Of a stretch of DNA of 64,000 bases, positions 50,100-60,334 are shown piece by piece. Source of the stretch: Candidatus Bathyarchaeia archaeon (GTDB taxonomy: Archaea > Thermoproteota > Bathyarchaeia > Bathyarchaeales > Bathycorpusculaceae); NCBI GenBank assembly GCA_050015395.1, contig JBEKBM010000013.1, positions 1 to 64,000 of the forward strand, given 5' to 3'. The position numbers were made by a program, and so were the translations under genes. Position 1 is the stretch's first letter. Each line of letters begins with the position of its first letter. The notes beneath the pieces were generated by a model. The model did not search any database and was not told the DNA's origin. It saw only the letters and a program-made list of their open reading frames with translations.

Positions 50100-51509
50100 T
50101 TATTTCTTGTTTATGAGGTATTCATGCATTGCTTTTGCTGCGCGTTTGCCTGCGCCCATTGCGCTGATGACTGTTGCTGCGCCAGTGGCGACGTCTCCGC
50201 CTGCGTAAACTCCGTCTAAGCTGGTTTTGCCTACTTCGTTAACGCATATTGTTCCATGTCTCGGGTCGCTTTGTAAGCCATCTGTTGTTCGTTGTATGAT
50301 TGGGTTTGGTGTTTGACCGATTGCAACAATTACAGTGTCAACGTCCATCATAAACTCGGAGCCTGGAACTTCTTTTACTCCACGCCTGCCTTTCGCGTCA
50401 GGTTCAGTGAGTTCCATTGCGATGCATTTCATGGCTTTAACCCAGCCTTTATCGTCACCGTAAAACTCGACTGGTGCACCAAGAAACTTGCAGACCAAGC
50501 CTTCTTCTTCCGCGTTCTCGACTTCTTCATGTCTTGCAGGCAACTCAGCACGTGAACGCCTATAGAGTAAGCATACTTCAGAGCCAAGACGCATACTGCT
50601 TCTGGCACAGTCCATGGCAACGTTTCCGCCGCCGATTACGATTACGTGTTTGCCTATGCGTATTGGAGTATCATAGTCTGGGAATTGGAATGCTTTCATT
50701 AGGTTAACGCGTATAAGGAACTCGTTAGCTGAGTAGATTCCGCCAAGGTTTTCTCCTGGGCAACCACTGAACTGTGGCAAGCCTGCGCCGCTACCGATGA
50801 ATACTGCGTCATAACCATTCTTCATGAGCTCTGGAATAGTGTGAATCCTTCCAACCAAGTTGCCAAGGCGCAAGTCGACACCCAGTTTCTGAATGTAAGC
50901 AACCTCATTTTGCACGATTGCCTTTGGCAAACGGAACTCTGGAATACCATACGACAGCACTCCACCACCAACATGCAACGCTTCAAACATTGTAACATCG
51001 TGACCAAGCTTAACAAGGTCAGCAGCAGCCGTCAATCCAGCTGGACCAGCACCGACAATAGCTACTTTCTTTCCTGTTGGTGCAGTTTTCTGCGGAATTT
51101 GAGAACCGTTGTCACGTTCCCAATCTGCAAGAAAACGCTCAAGTCGTCCGATGCTGATTGGATCACCCATCTTGCCGACTACGCATTTGGCTTGGCATTG
51201 CACTTCTTGAGGACAAACCCTTCCGCAAACAGCTGGCAACGCATTCTTCGCCTTTATCAATGCTATGCCTTCACCGTATTTCTTTTCTTTAAGCAGTTTT
51301 ATGAATACTGGAATAGGAACTTCCACTGGGCAACCAGTAATACATTGAGGTTTTGGACACTGCAGACATCGGCTTGCTTCTTCTTGTGCTTCTGCCTCAG
51401 TGTAACCTAAAGCAACTTCACTGAAGTTTTTAGCGCGTACTTTAGGCTCTTGCTTAGCCATTTCAACGGCTTTCTTGTTTAATTTTGGTTTAGGCTTAAC
51501 TTCCGCCAC
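50100..51509 (-). CDS. NfnB/SudA (GltD-like) NADPH-dependent flavoprotein
   Basis: RCLQC..PQCITGCPV, CGRVCPQE, GAGPAGL, GGGNVAMD and AGGD. Confidence 0.92.
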   Translation of the reverse strand: MAEVKPKPKLNKKAVEMAKQEPKVRAKNFSEVALGYTEAEAQEEASRCLQCPKPQCITGCPVEVPIPVFIKLLKEKKYGEGIALIKAKNALPAVCGRVCPQEVQCQAKCVVGKMGDPISIGRLERFLADWERDNGSQIPQKTAPTGKKVAIVGAGPAGLTAAADLVKLGHDVTMFEALHVGGGVLSYGIPEFRLPKAIVQNEVAYIQKLGVDLRLGNLVGRIHTIPELMKNGYDAVFIGSGAGLPQFSGCPGENLGGIYSANEFLIRVNLMKAFQFPDYDTPIRIGKHVIVIGGGNVAMDCARSSMRLGSEVCLLYRRSRAELPARHEEVENAEEEGLVCKFLGAPVEFYGDDKGWVKAMKCIAMELTEPDAKGRRGVKEVPGSEFMMDVDTVIVAIGQTPNPIIQRTTDGLQSDPRHGTICVNEVGKTSLDGVYAGGDVATGAATVISAMGAGKRAAKAMHEYLINKK

Positions 51510-52335
51510 ACTTACAACCTCCACGCATTTCCCACAACACTGAACTTAACCTTTCTTCAGGCAACATCGTACGCTGACGCAAAATCAACTGGTCAAAATC
51601 AACCTGGTGACCATCAAATTCTGGTCCATCAATACAGCCAAATCGCATTTTGCCGCCAACTGTTACACGGCATACACCGCACATGCCCATGCCATCAATC
51701 ATTATAGGCGTTAAAGTTACAACTGTTGGTATGCCATAAGGCTTGGTGATTTCGCTAACATCTTTCATTAGGATTACTGGACCCATAACTACACAACGGT
51801 CAAACTTTTCCGTCTTTAACAAATCTTTGAGAAAATCTAAGCCTGTATAGCCTTTTGAACCGTCATCCGTTGCAATGTAAACCTTATCGCTCATGGCTTT
51901 AGCTTCATCCTCCATCATTATGAACTCCTTTGTCCTAGCGCCAAGAATTGTGGTTACGTTGTTGCCTGCTGCTTTCATGGCTTTAACCTGCAACAGCAAC
52001 GGCGCAATCATCACGCTTCCGCCAACACAAAGGACTTTACCGTAATTTTTAATTTCAGAAGGATTGCCCAGTGGACCAGTAACGTTGTCGATGCATTCGC
52101 CTTGGTTTAGTAAGCCAAGTGCTTTTGTGGTTTTGCCGACTTCATGGAAAGCAAACGATACCGTTCCTTTCGCTGTGTCGTATTCGCATATTGTCAGGGG
52201 TATTCGTTCGCCTGCTTTGCCGTTTATGACTATTACGAATTGTCCAACTTGCGATTTAGCTGCAATATCTGGAGCTTCAACTTCGAACAATTTTATTTTT
52301 GGAACTAGCTCTTTTTTAGTTACTATTTTGTACGT
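51496..52335 (-). CDS. NfnA/SudB FAD/[2Fe-2S] subunit; apparent ACG start
   Basis: GQFVI, ERIPLT, GPLG, TDDGS and DGMGMCGVCRV...CIDGPEF. Confidence 0.9.
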   Translation of the reverse strand, partial: TYKIVTKKELVPKIKLFEVEAPDIAAKSQVGQFVIVINGKAGERIPLTICEYDTAKGTVSFAFHEVGKTTKALGLLNQGECIDNVTGPLGNPSEIKNYGKVLCVGGSVMIAPLLLQVKAMKAAGNNVTTILGARTKEFIMMEDEAKAMSDKVYIATDDGSKGYTGLDFLKDLLKTEKFDRCVVMGPVILMKDVSEITKPYGIPTVVTLTPIMIDGMGMCGVCRVTVGGKMRFGCIDGPEFDGHQVDFDQLILRQRTMLPEERLSSVLWEMRGGCKCGGS

Positions 52336-53549
52336 TTTGCTTTCGCCTCCACAGTTATTTCACGTTTGGGTAACGCTGAAATCTTTTTGTAAAAAGCATC
52401 CAGTTTCACATTGAAGTCGCCAGCACATCTGGGTGACTCCTCATAAAGCTCGAATCGGTCAAGCAGATTGTTCTTTTTCAACACGTTCAATAATACGCCC
52501 AAGTTACGCTCTGCGGTGTCTCTGCCTTCTTGAAGCTTGCAATCTTGTGCTGAGCAGATCACGCCCATTACACCGTCGAAACCGCAGTTTAACGCATTGA
52601 CAACGTGTACTGGGTCTAAAGATTTGAAGCATGGAACTTCAAGAGCTAACACGTTTTTGCCTGCAAACGCGCTGTTAGGGTTGTCTAAAGCTGAGAATTC
52701 TGACCATTGGCAGACAAATGCGAGAACTGCTGGACCTTGGTTTTTAGCTTTCAACTGTGCAACCGAATTTCCATAACGGTTTACCACGTTTTCAAACTCG
52801 AAGCCTTTCACCTGGATAGCGTGATGCGGACAAACCAGTTGGCATGCACCACAGCCAACACATTTTTCCTCGTTTACTTTTGGAGTAGCAAACGATTCAA
52901 ACTCAAGCGCTTTATACGGGCAGATGAAGATGCATTTGTCACAGCCCACGCATTCTTGAACATCATAAACTGCTTTGCGGGAGAACTTTACTATTCTAAC
53001 GGTATTCTCATCGTAGCCTAATTGTTTGAGGACGTTTCTGGCTAAAACGAGTCTTCGAGTGTTTATTTTTGTGCCTTCTTTATAGCGGCAGAATGGATCT
53101 TCACATTGAACAGAAACAATGTTTTTTACGCCTGAATTCAGCGTATCAAAAATAAAGTCAGTTGGAACTCTGCCTGAACATGGCAAACGCAACGCAATAT
53201 AATTTTCAACCTTTAATCCCTGCTCTTTAAGGATGTCTTGAACTTCCCCTGTTGAAGGCGAGTTTCCTCGACACATTAAAACAAGCGTGTCAGCGCCATT
53301 CTTGGCTTTTGCACTTGCCTGTTTAACATAGTTTGAGAGATTATCGTAAGTGTAATATTGCATTTTAATGGCTGAAGACGGGCAAGCACTATAGCATATA
53401 CCGCAAACTTGGCAGTCTTGACTGTTAACTTCAACTTTTCCAGTTGAGTCGCGTTTTATTGCTTCATAAGGGCATATTGAGTGGCAAACGCAACATCGGC
53501 TGCATAAGTCTTGGTCGATTTCTACTACAGCGAGACATTTTTCACTCAT
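52323..53549 (-). CDS. Tandem (2x[4Fe-4S] ferredoxin-MvhD/FlpD)x2 fusion protein
   Basis: Four CxxCxxCxxxCP motifs; LPCSGRV...C.D..CRY.EG and EVPC...C...DCKLQEG. Confidence 0.85.
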   Translation of the reverse strand: MSEKCLAVVEIDQDLCSRCCVCHSICPYEAIKRDSTGKVEVNSQDCQVCGICYSACPSSAIKMQYYTYDNLSNYVKQASAKAKNGADTLVLMCRGNSPSTGEVQDILKEQGLKVENYIALRLPCSGRVPTDFIFDTLNSGVKNIVSVQCEDPFCRYKEGTKINTRRLVLARNVLKQLGYDENTVRIVKFSRKAVYDVQECVGCDKCIFICPYKALEFESFATPKVNEEKCVGCGACQLVCPHHAIQVKGFEFENVVNRYGNSVAQLKAKNQGPAVLAFVCQWSEFSALDNPNSAFAGKNVLALEVPCFKSLDPVHVVNALNCGFDGVMGVICSAQDCKLQEGRDTAERNLGVLLNVLKKNNLLDRFELYEESPRCAGDFNVKLDAFYKKISALPKREITVEAKAKRTK

Positions 53550-53664
53550 TCTGAAACCTCTTTTCATACACCGCTGCTACTTTAAACTGTAAGCATGTTA
53601 ACATGCTAGCTTAAAGCGTATTAAAGGCATGAAAAGCGTTTTAGAATGATATAATCCTTTCTCT

Positions 53665-54606
53665 CTACGTTCTATAATATGGTTGTCTGATGAAGCTATA
53701 AGCTTCAAGGGCTGCAGTGATGCCTTGACCGACAGCTGTCCCAACCTGCTTAATCGGCTGATCTGTAACGTCGCCTGCAGCGAATACTCCTGATAGATTT
53801 GTGTGTTGGCACATGTTAACTTTGATGTATCCATGCTCATCTGTTTCTATTCCGGCAGCTTTGGCTAGTTGGCTGTTTGGTGCTTCGCCGACTTGCACGA
53901 AAACCGCGTCAACTGCTAGTTCGCTTGTTTTTTCTGTCGTGTTATCGATTAAGGTGACTGCTTTGACTTGTTTGTCCCCTTTGATTTCTTGAACTTCAGT
54001 GTTCCATAGTATGGTTACGTTATTCTTTGATGCTATGTCAGTCACTAAAGATTCTTCCGCTCTGAAAGCTTTTTTCCTGTGAGTTACGATGACTTGCGAA
54101 GCTATGCCTGAAAGGTAAAGCGTAGTGATGCAGGCTGAATTTCCGCCGCCAATAACAAGTACTCGCTTGCCTTTGAAAAATGGTCCATCACACACGCCAC
54201 AGTAACTTACACCTTTGCCGCGGAATTCTCTTTCACCTTTGACGCCGACTTCTTTATAGTGTGAACCTGTGGAAAATATTACTGCCTTAGCTTCATAAGA
54301 CGCTTTTGAAGTTTTAACAATTTTCTTTTCACCCATAAGCTCTAATTCAATAACAGGCTCCAAATCGTGAATGATTGCGCCAACCTTTCTGCAATGAGAA
54401 GTCATTTTTTCAGCAAGTTCCCCACCGCTAATCTCCGCAAATCCTGGATAATTCACCACTGTTGAGGCATCAGAGATTGTTCCACCAGCCAGCTTTTCTT
54501 CTAAAATTAGAGTTTTTAGTCCGCTTCGAACAGTGTAAATTCCAGCTGCCAATCCAGCGGAACCAGCACCGATTATTATTACGTCCCAATTCTCCATAAT
54601 GCTCAT
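53665..54606 (-). CDS. trxB: Thioredoxin reductase
   Basis: GAGSAGL, GVSYCGVCDG, GGGNSA and FAAGD. Confidence 0.93.
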   Translation of the reverse strand: MSIMENWDVIIIGAGSAGLAAGIYTVRSGLKTLILEEKLAGGTISDASTVVNYPGFAEISGGELAEKMTSHCRKVGAIIHDLEPVIELELMGEKKIVKTSKASYEAKAVIFSTGSHYKEVGVKGEREFRGKGVSYCGVCDGPFFKGKRVLVIGGGNSACITTLYLSGIASQVIVTHRKKAFRAEESLVTDIASKNNVTILWNTEVQEIKGDKQVKAVTLIDNTTEKTSELAVDAVFVQVGEAPNSQLAKAAGIETDEHGYIKVNMCQHTNLSGVFAAGDVTDQPIKQVGTAVGQGITAALEAYSFIRQPYYRT

Positions 54607-54726
54607 CTTCTATGTGAATAGTGGATTTTGGCAGTTTATGAATTGTTCGGATTGTTTTTGGTTAATTCCAATAGGCTGATAAGGGCGAATCAATTTAATT
54701 CTAATAGACATTTTTGAGGGCTAGTT

Positions 54727-56487
54727 ATGGCAAAATACAGGTGCACAGTTTGCAATTACATTTATGACGAAGCAAAAGAAAAAAAGAAGTTTAGTGATTT
54801 GCCTAAAGAATGGGTTTGCCCAGTTTGCGGGGCTCCTAAATCGGCTTTTGTGTTGTTAGCTGAGCAAGTGGAAGAGAAAAAGGCAGAGCACACAGTTTCA
54901 GAAGTTCTAATAAACCAAATCGCTGAGTGGGGTGTCCAATACGTTTTTGGTATTCCAGGCACTTCAACGTTAGGTGTTGTGGATGCTATACGTAAGAGCA
55001 ACGGTAAAGTCAAGTACATTCAGGTTCGGCATGAGCAGACCGCAGCGTTCATGGCTTCAGCCTATGGAAAACTCACTGGACACGTTGCGGCTTGTCTGGG
55101 GATTTCTGGTCCAGGCGCAACTAATTTAGCTACTGGCTTGTATGATGCGAAGTTAGATCATGCGCCAGTTTTAGCGTTGACCGGTTTGGTAGCTAGGCAA
55201 CTGATAGGCCCAGGCTCAACTCAAGAGATTGATCAGGCCGCCTTTTTTGAGCCAATTTGCGTTTTTAACAAGATTTTGATGTCTGAAGACCAAACTACTA
55301 CGCTGGCTACGTTGGCGATTAAGCATGCACTTTTGGATCAGGGTGTTTCGCATATTGGGATTCCTAATGACGTGCAGAAGCTGCCTTATGAAGCGGAGGT
55401 TTTGCCGTTTGACGGCAGAATGCCTAATCTTGCCTATGGACAGGAAGAATGGGTGATTGAAAAGGCAGCAAAGGTTGTTGACCAAGCGGTTAGACCCGTG
55501 ATTCTTGCGGGTTTTGGCGCTCGAGGTCAAGGCAATAAGCTGTTAAAGTTGGCATCGAAGATTTCTGCGCCGATTATGGCAACTTTCAGGGCTAAAGGCG
55601 TTGTTGATGAGCATGAATCTTTGTATGTTGGTTGTCATGGTGGTATTGGTTCGACTGCTGCAGGAGAGCTTATGCAAAAAGCGGATTTGCTCATAGCTAT
55701 CGGTTCTTCGTTTTCTGATCTATCGCAGATTCCACAGAAGAAGACTGTGCAGATTGATATTAATCCGCTCATGATTGCACGCAGGTATCCTGTTGAGGCA
55801 GGGTTGCTTGGCAACAGTGCAGTACTTATTCCCAAGTTGACCGAGAAAGTTCAGGAGAAACAGAACGTTGACTATTTGGCTGAGATTGTAAGGTTAAAGC
55901 AGGAATGGCTAAACCAGCTGGAAAAAGAAGCCGACCCTAATATGAAGCCGATTAGACCCCAATACATAATCAAAGTTTTGAACGAGAAAATCGCCGATGA
56001 CGCAGTGATTTCTTTGGACGTTGGTGAAAACTGCTGGTGGTTTGGCAGGGACTTTATGATGCGCAAGTCTCAGAAGATGGTGATGAGCGGCACTTTGGCT
56101 ACGATGGGGTTTGGTTTGCCAGGCGCTATGGCTGCAGCGTTGGCTTATCCAGACAGGCAGATTGTTTGTTTGACTGGTGATGGCGGCTTAACGATGGTTA
56201 TGGGCGATTTTTTAACCGCTTTGAAGTATAAGTTGCCGGTTAAAGTTTTTGTCATGAATAATAAACAGTTGGGGATGATTATGCAGGAGCAGAAGGTTGA
56301 GGGTTTCGAGAGCTGGCAAACTGATTTGTACGATTTTAGTTTTGCTGATTTTGCTGAGCATTCAGGCGGCATGGGCATTAAGGTTACTGAACCAAACGAG
56401 CTTGAAGCAGCCGTTGACAAAGCGCTTTCATCTTCTAAGCCAGCGATAGTGGATATCGATACTGATCCAAGGAGATTTTTAGTGTAA
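54727..56487 (+). CDS. Rubredoxin-fused ThDP-dependent enzyme (pyruvate oxidase-like)
   Basis: CTVCNYIYD...WVCPVCGA; RHEQ, GPGATNL and GDGG...NN. Confidence 0.9.
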   Translation: MAKYRCTVCNYIYDEAKEKKKFSDLPKEWVCPVCGAPKSAFVLLAEQVEEKKAEHTVSEVLINQIAEWGVQYVFGIPGTSTLGVVDAIRKSNGKVKYIQVRHEQTAAFMASAYGKLTGHVAACLGISGPGATNLATGLYDAKLDHAPVLALTGLVARQLIGPGSTQEIDQAAFFEPICVFNKILMSEDQTTTLATLAIKHALLDQGVSHIGIPNDVQKLPYEAEVLPFDGRMPNLAYGQEEWVIEKAAKVVDQAVRPVILAGFGARGQGNKLLKLASKISAPIMATFRAKGVVDEHESLYVGCHGGIGSTAAGELMQKADLLIAIGSSFSDLSQIPQKKTVQIDINPLMIARRYPVEAGLLGNSAVLIPKLTEKVQEKQNVDYLAEIVRLKQEWLNQLEKEADPNMKPIRPQYIIKVLNEKIADDAVISLDVGENCWWFGRDFMMRKSQKMVMSGTLATMGFGLPGAMAAALAYPDRQIVCLTGDGGLTMVMGDFLTALKYKLPVKVFVMNNKQLGMIMQEQKVEGFESWQTDLYDFSFADFAEHSGGMGIKVTEPNELEAAVDKALSSSKPAIVDIDTDPRRFLV

Positions 56488-56497
56488 GGTGAAAATT

Positions 56498-56914
56498 ATG
56501 ACAGCAAATCAAGGAATAACATTCGCGTATATTGTGTCGCTGGTTGGAGGCTTAATTATACTAATAGCCAGCATACTGAACGTGGTCTGGTATAGTTCAG
56601 GCGCTCCAAACTTTGGCGGATACGGCAGTTTCATGCGTGGAATGATGGATGGCTACCACAATTTCATGGGCAGCTACGGCGGCTCTTATGGTTTTCTAGC
56701 TGGAATCTCACTGGTAGGCGTGATCTGCGGCGTCATCGTGTTGATGGGCGCTATCATGCTAAGAGTCCAACCACGAGATCACATGATCTGGGCAATAGTC
56801 ATCATCGTGTTCTCAGCCATCAGCTTTGTAGGCATGGGCGGTTTCTTCATAGGAGCAATACTCGGCATTATCGGCGGAGCATTCGATTTAAGCATCAGAC
56901 AAATAAAACCTTGA
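56498..56914 (+). CDS. Gly-rich membrane protein
   Basis: GGFFIGAILGIIGG; three to four TMs. Confidence 0.8.
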   Translation: MTANQGITFAYIVSLVGGLIILIASILNVVWYSSGAPNFGGYGSFMRGMMDGYHNFMGSYGGSYGFLAGISLVGVICGVIVLMGAIMLRVQPRDHMIWAIVIIVFSAISFVGMGGFFIGAILGIIGGAFDLSIRQIKP

Positions 56915-57014
56915 CTAAGCCTTGCGTGTACACCGCCCACCAATAATTTTCTTAAAGTTATTCAACGTCTGGTTTAAGTTGCTTTTCATGAACAGAGCTT
57001 AGTTTGGGCTCTTC

Positions 57015-57073
57015 TTACCTGTCACTCAAGTACATTGTTACTAGTCACGCATATCCATAGTTATACGTCACTG
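57015..57073 (-). repeat. Dispersed 23-bp-periodic element, copy 2
   Basis: Minus strand CAGTGACGTATAACTATGGATATGCGTGACTAGTAACAATGTACTTGAGTGACAGGTAA. Confidence 0.9.
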
Positions 57074-57160
57074 CAACGCCAAACATGCCCAAAATAGCTC
57101 CAGCGCCCTCTTTGGATACTTGGACTCGATACGAGTGATAATAAGATTGAGTGATTTTGT

Positions 57161-57261
57161 TGGTAGCGGGGACTAGATTTGAACTAGTGATCTCTGGGTG
57201 TCTCACTACGCTTAGCGCAGTTATGAGCCCAGCGGGTTAATCCTGGCTACCCCACCCCGCT
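57161..57261 (-). tRNA. Initiator tRNA-Met(CAT) with a 22-nt 37/38 intron (57200-57221) and encoded CCA
   Basis: A1:U72, AGCGGGG acceptor, three G:C anticodon-stem pairs and BHB motif CTCA-TAA / TGAG-ACA. Confidence 0.93.
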
Positions 57262-57386
57262 AAATCTTTGTTCGATAATTTCTATTTTAGCAACCTATTA
57301 CTCTATTCGTCAAATATTAATAGTTTCTTTTTCATTGTCGGCAAAAGGATTTTAGATGCGACTTATACTTCTTTGGCGAAGGATGT

Positions 57387-58064
57387 TTGCTGATGAATAA
57401 GGCGTATTTGCGTAAGCTTTCAAATCCGACTCTTGAGAACCCATTTTTCGTTCAAGGATTGCCTGGCTTTGGGAATGTTGGCAGAATTGCGGCGCATCTT
57501 CTTATAAAGTTCTGTGATGCTAAGCCTTTTGCGGAGTTGTATTCGCCTTCTTTTCCTGATTATGTTTCAATAAATGCTAAGGGTATATGCCATTTGCCGC
57601 GGTATGAGTTTTATTATGCTCCTATGGTGAAAAACAATTTGGTTATAATGACGGGTGAAATTCAGCCTTCGTTTGATGATGTGGTTGCTCACTATGAGGT
57701 TTGTGAAGAAGTGATTGATTTTGTTGAAACGTTAGGTTGCCATTTCATCGTAACCATGGGCGGGATACCCATAGCTGAGGATAAAGCTCAGGTTTACATT
57801 GCCGCTACTTCACCGAGGTTGGCAACTGAGTTTATGGAAAAAGGCGCGGTTATTTACAGCAAAGGCAGAATCGTTGGTGGAACAGGACTTACCTTGGCGA
57901 TGGCGAAGGAAAGGAAACTGGAAGGGGTTAGCTTGCTTGGAACAACGACGGGTTTCAGAGCAGACCGTGAAGCCGGATTTCTTGTTTTCAAGTTTTTGAT
58001 GAAGGCTTTAGGAAAAGAGATAAAAGAAGGTTTAGTAGAAAACAATGCACCAGAAGAACAGTAA
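57387..58064 (+). CDS. PAC2-family proteasome assembly chaperone
   Basis: QGLPGFGNVGRIAA, YSPSFP, TMGG and IVGGTGL. Confidence 0.88.
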   Translation: MLMNKAYLRKLSNPTLENPFFVQGLPGFGNVGRIAAHLLIKFCDAKPFAELYSPSFPDYVSINAKGICHLPRYEFYYAPMVKNNLVIMTGEIQPSFDDVVAHYEVCEEVIDFVETLGCHFIVTMGGIPIAEDKAQVYIAATSPRLATEFMEKGAVIYSKGRIVGGTGLTLAMAKERKLEGVSLLGTTTGFRADREAGFLVFKFLMKALGKEIKEGLVENNAPEEQ

Positions 58065-58076
58065 GTTGGGTGTCGC

Positions 58077-58313
58077 ATGACTGAAAATGAAGAAAACGTG
58101 AATGTTACCGGTATATACTCGAAATTCTGGAGAATCACACTAGTAGTTTTATCGATGCTTCTAGTCTTCGTTGGTCCAACTTACGTTCCATACGCCATGG
58201 TGAAAGTCCTTAAAATAGACTATTTTGCCTCAATAGGCGCAGGCATCATCCTATTTATAGTAGGCATAGTATTTATGCTGTTCCTTATCAGAAAGAAGCT
58301 AATAATAATGTAA
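58077..58313 (+). CDS. Small two-TM protein
   Basis: Hydrophobic 78-aa ORF with GPTYVPY. Confidence 0.75.
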   Translation: MTENEENVNVTGIYSKFWRITLVVLSMLLVFVGPTYVPYAMVKVLKIDYFASIGAGIILFIVGIVFMLFLIRKKLIIM

Positions 58314-58487
58314 GTTTGCCTCAGATACCCCAGGGTGCATCATCAATCAGCATTTTGGATTCTTCATCGGCAACTTCTAGAGACATAACCTGTTTTATTT
58401 AACTATTCTTTGAACTTTCGGAAAGAAACTTGACTATAAATATACTTCCTGAATACATAAGTCATATTAAATATTAACATAGAAATA

Positions 58488-59081
58488 GTGTCTATGCAGG
58501 ACAGCAACCGAAGAAGCCTTGATGCGCCAAAAGAGAAAAGTGAAGAAGCAAAAAGAACAACGATTATCCTTGAAAAGAGCGAACGAGAATTCATTGAATC
58601 ATTAATTAAGGATGGGAAAGAGCCTGGAATCAAACCGCTCATCTCCAAAATGCTTGACATTTACAGAAGCATGATGATTTATGATTGGCGGTTCCCCGGC
58701 GAATACTACTGTGGAATAAGCCGCATAGCGCTTGTAAACGTTGAATTATTCAACATACTAACACAGCAGATTCCTAAGGAAAAGTGGCTTGAGATTGGTG
58801 AAAAAATGGGTGATGCCCTAAAGGTTTCTATTCAATCAACACTAGGAATTGAAGCAAGTGAACAGAAAAATTGGGAAAAGATATTTGAACGGCTGAAAGT
58901 GCAGGGATTCGGAGATTTCTATTTGAAAGACAAGTTTTTGCTTTTGAAAACTCCATTTATTAACGATTGCGAAATTTGGAAGGGCATCATGGAAGGGCTC
59001 TTAAGTGTAGAGTTAGAAACACGAAATTCGGCGCCGCCGCTGGTTTTTGAAATTAAAAAACGGAAGCCGTCTTCAGTTTAA
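58488..59081 (+). CDS. Hypothetical protein, possible RHH plus V4R-like regulator
   Basis: KRTTIILEKSERE strand-helix start; GEKMG...QGFG. Confidence 0.7.
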   Translation: MSMQDSNRRSLDAPKEKSEEAKRTTIILEKSEREFIESLIKDGKEPGIKPLISKMLDIYRSMMIYDWRFPGEYYCGISRIALVNVELFNILTQQIPKEKWLEIGEKMGDALKVSIQSTLGIEASEQKNWEKIFERLKVQGFGDFYLKDKFLLLKTPFINDCEIWKGIMEGLLSVELETRNSAPPLVFEIKKRKPSSV

Positions 59082-59332
59082 TGCCTTTTTAGCGTTCCGA
59101 CAGTTAAATATTAGGAAAACAGTTTATTAGGAAGTCAGGTGTTCAGGTGTCTTTCAGTGGTATATGATGAGGGATTGCGTTCATACAAGGCGATTGCGTT
59201 CATTAAAAGCAATCCAAACTGTTCAAGTCTAAAAACGAAAAGCTACTTGGTATTAGGCGCATTCCTTCAAAAAACCGTTTTATCAAAACAAAAAACCCTT
59301 AGAAGTTTCTCTAAAAATTTAGGTGAAAAATT

Positions 59333-60334
59333 ATGGATAAAGTAAAATTTGCTATACCAGCAGGCTCCCTATCAAAGGCAACCTTTGAAATATTCCAGCG
59401 TTCAGGCTATAAAGTCCAAGGTCAAGAACGCACCTACCGACCAACCATAAACGACCCAAAAATTGAGTTAAAAATCCTCAGACCCCAAGAAATCCCATTC
59501 TTTGTCAGCGAAGGCTTACAAGACATAGGCATCACCGGCGAAGATTGGATACGCGAAACACGCACCGACGTGGAAGTGCTGCAGAACCTTGAGTACGGAA
59601 AAATCCGCTTAATCGTAGCTGTGCCAGAAGCTTTGAGTGAAATCGGCGGCATGTCTGAAATAATGGAGGATGTTTGGAGCAAAGGCAAAAACTTCCGCGT
59701 GTCAACCGAGTACCTAAACATCGCTTCTGAGTACATAAAAAGCAATCTATCGTACAAGAAACGCTTCGGAGAATCAGACCCGATGATGGTGACGCCTTGG
59801 TGGAGAAAGGGCGACAACCCGAGAGCGAAAATCTTCCTTTCGTTTGGTGCAACGGAAGCTAAACCGCCAGAAAACTCTGACTGCATTATTGACGTTACAG
59901 AAACAGGTACCACGCTTGAAGCAAACAACCTCAAGATTGTTGAAACAGTTATGCAGTCGACAGCCGTGCTAATCGCAAACAAGAAAGCCTTAGAAGACCC
60001 AGAAAAGAAAGAGAAAATCTATGACATAGTTAGCTTGCTTAAGGGCGTGGTTGATGGTTCCAAAAGGATACACATTTTCGTTAACGTTCGCAAAGCTAAC
60101 CTGCAAAAACTGCTTGACAGTTTACCCGCACTCAAAAATCCAACCATAGCGCCCCTAGCTGATAAGGAATGGTGCTCAGTCAACACCGTCATCGAGAAAG
60201 ACTGCTTAATTGAGCTCTTGCCAAAAATCCGTAAACTTGCCCAAGGCCTAGTAGTGTATGAGCCACGGCAGGTGCTGGCTTTAGACGAGATTAGTAAGAG
60301 AGAGGAGAACCCGTGCAAAGGCAAGCCCAAGTGA
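59333..60334 (+). CDS. hisG: ATP phosphoribosyltransferase (long form)
   Basis: RPQEIP, DIGITGED, GATE and DVTETGTTLEANNL. Confidence 0.95.
   Translation: MDKVKFAIPAGSLSKATFEIFQRSGYKVQGQERTYRPTINDPKIELKILRPQEIPFFVSEGLQDIGITGEDWIRETRTDVEVLQNLEYGKIRLIVAVPEALSEIGGMSEIMEDVWSKGKNFRVSTEYLNIASEYIKSNLSYKKRFGESDPMMVTPWWRKGDNPRAKIFLSFGATEAKPPENSDCIIDVTETGTTLEANNLKIVETVMQSTAVLIANKKALEDPEKKEKIYDIVSLLKGVVDGSKRIHIFVNVRKANLQKLLDSLPALKNPTIAPLADKEWCSVNTVIEKDCLIELLPKIRKLAQGLVVYEPRQVLALDEISKREENPCKGKPK

Noticed and set aside
59163-59203. C/D box sRNA (ATGATGA C box)
   Set aside because: No CTGA D or D' box at the expected spacing
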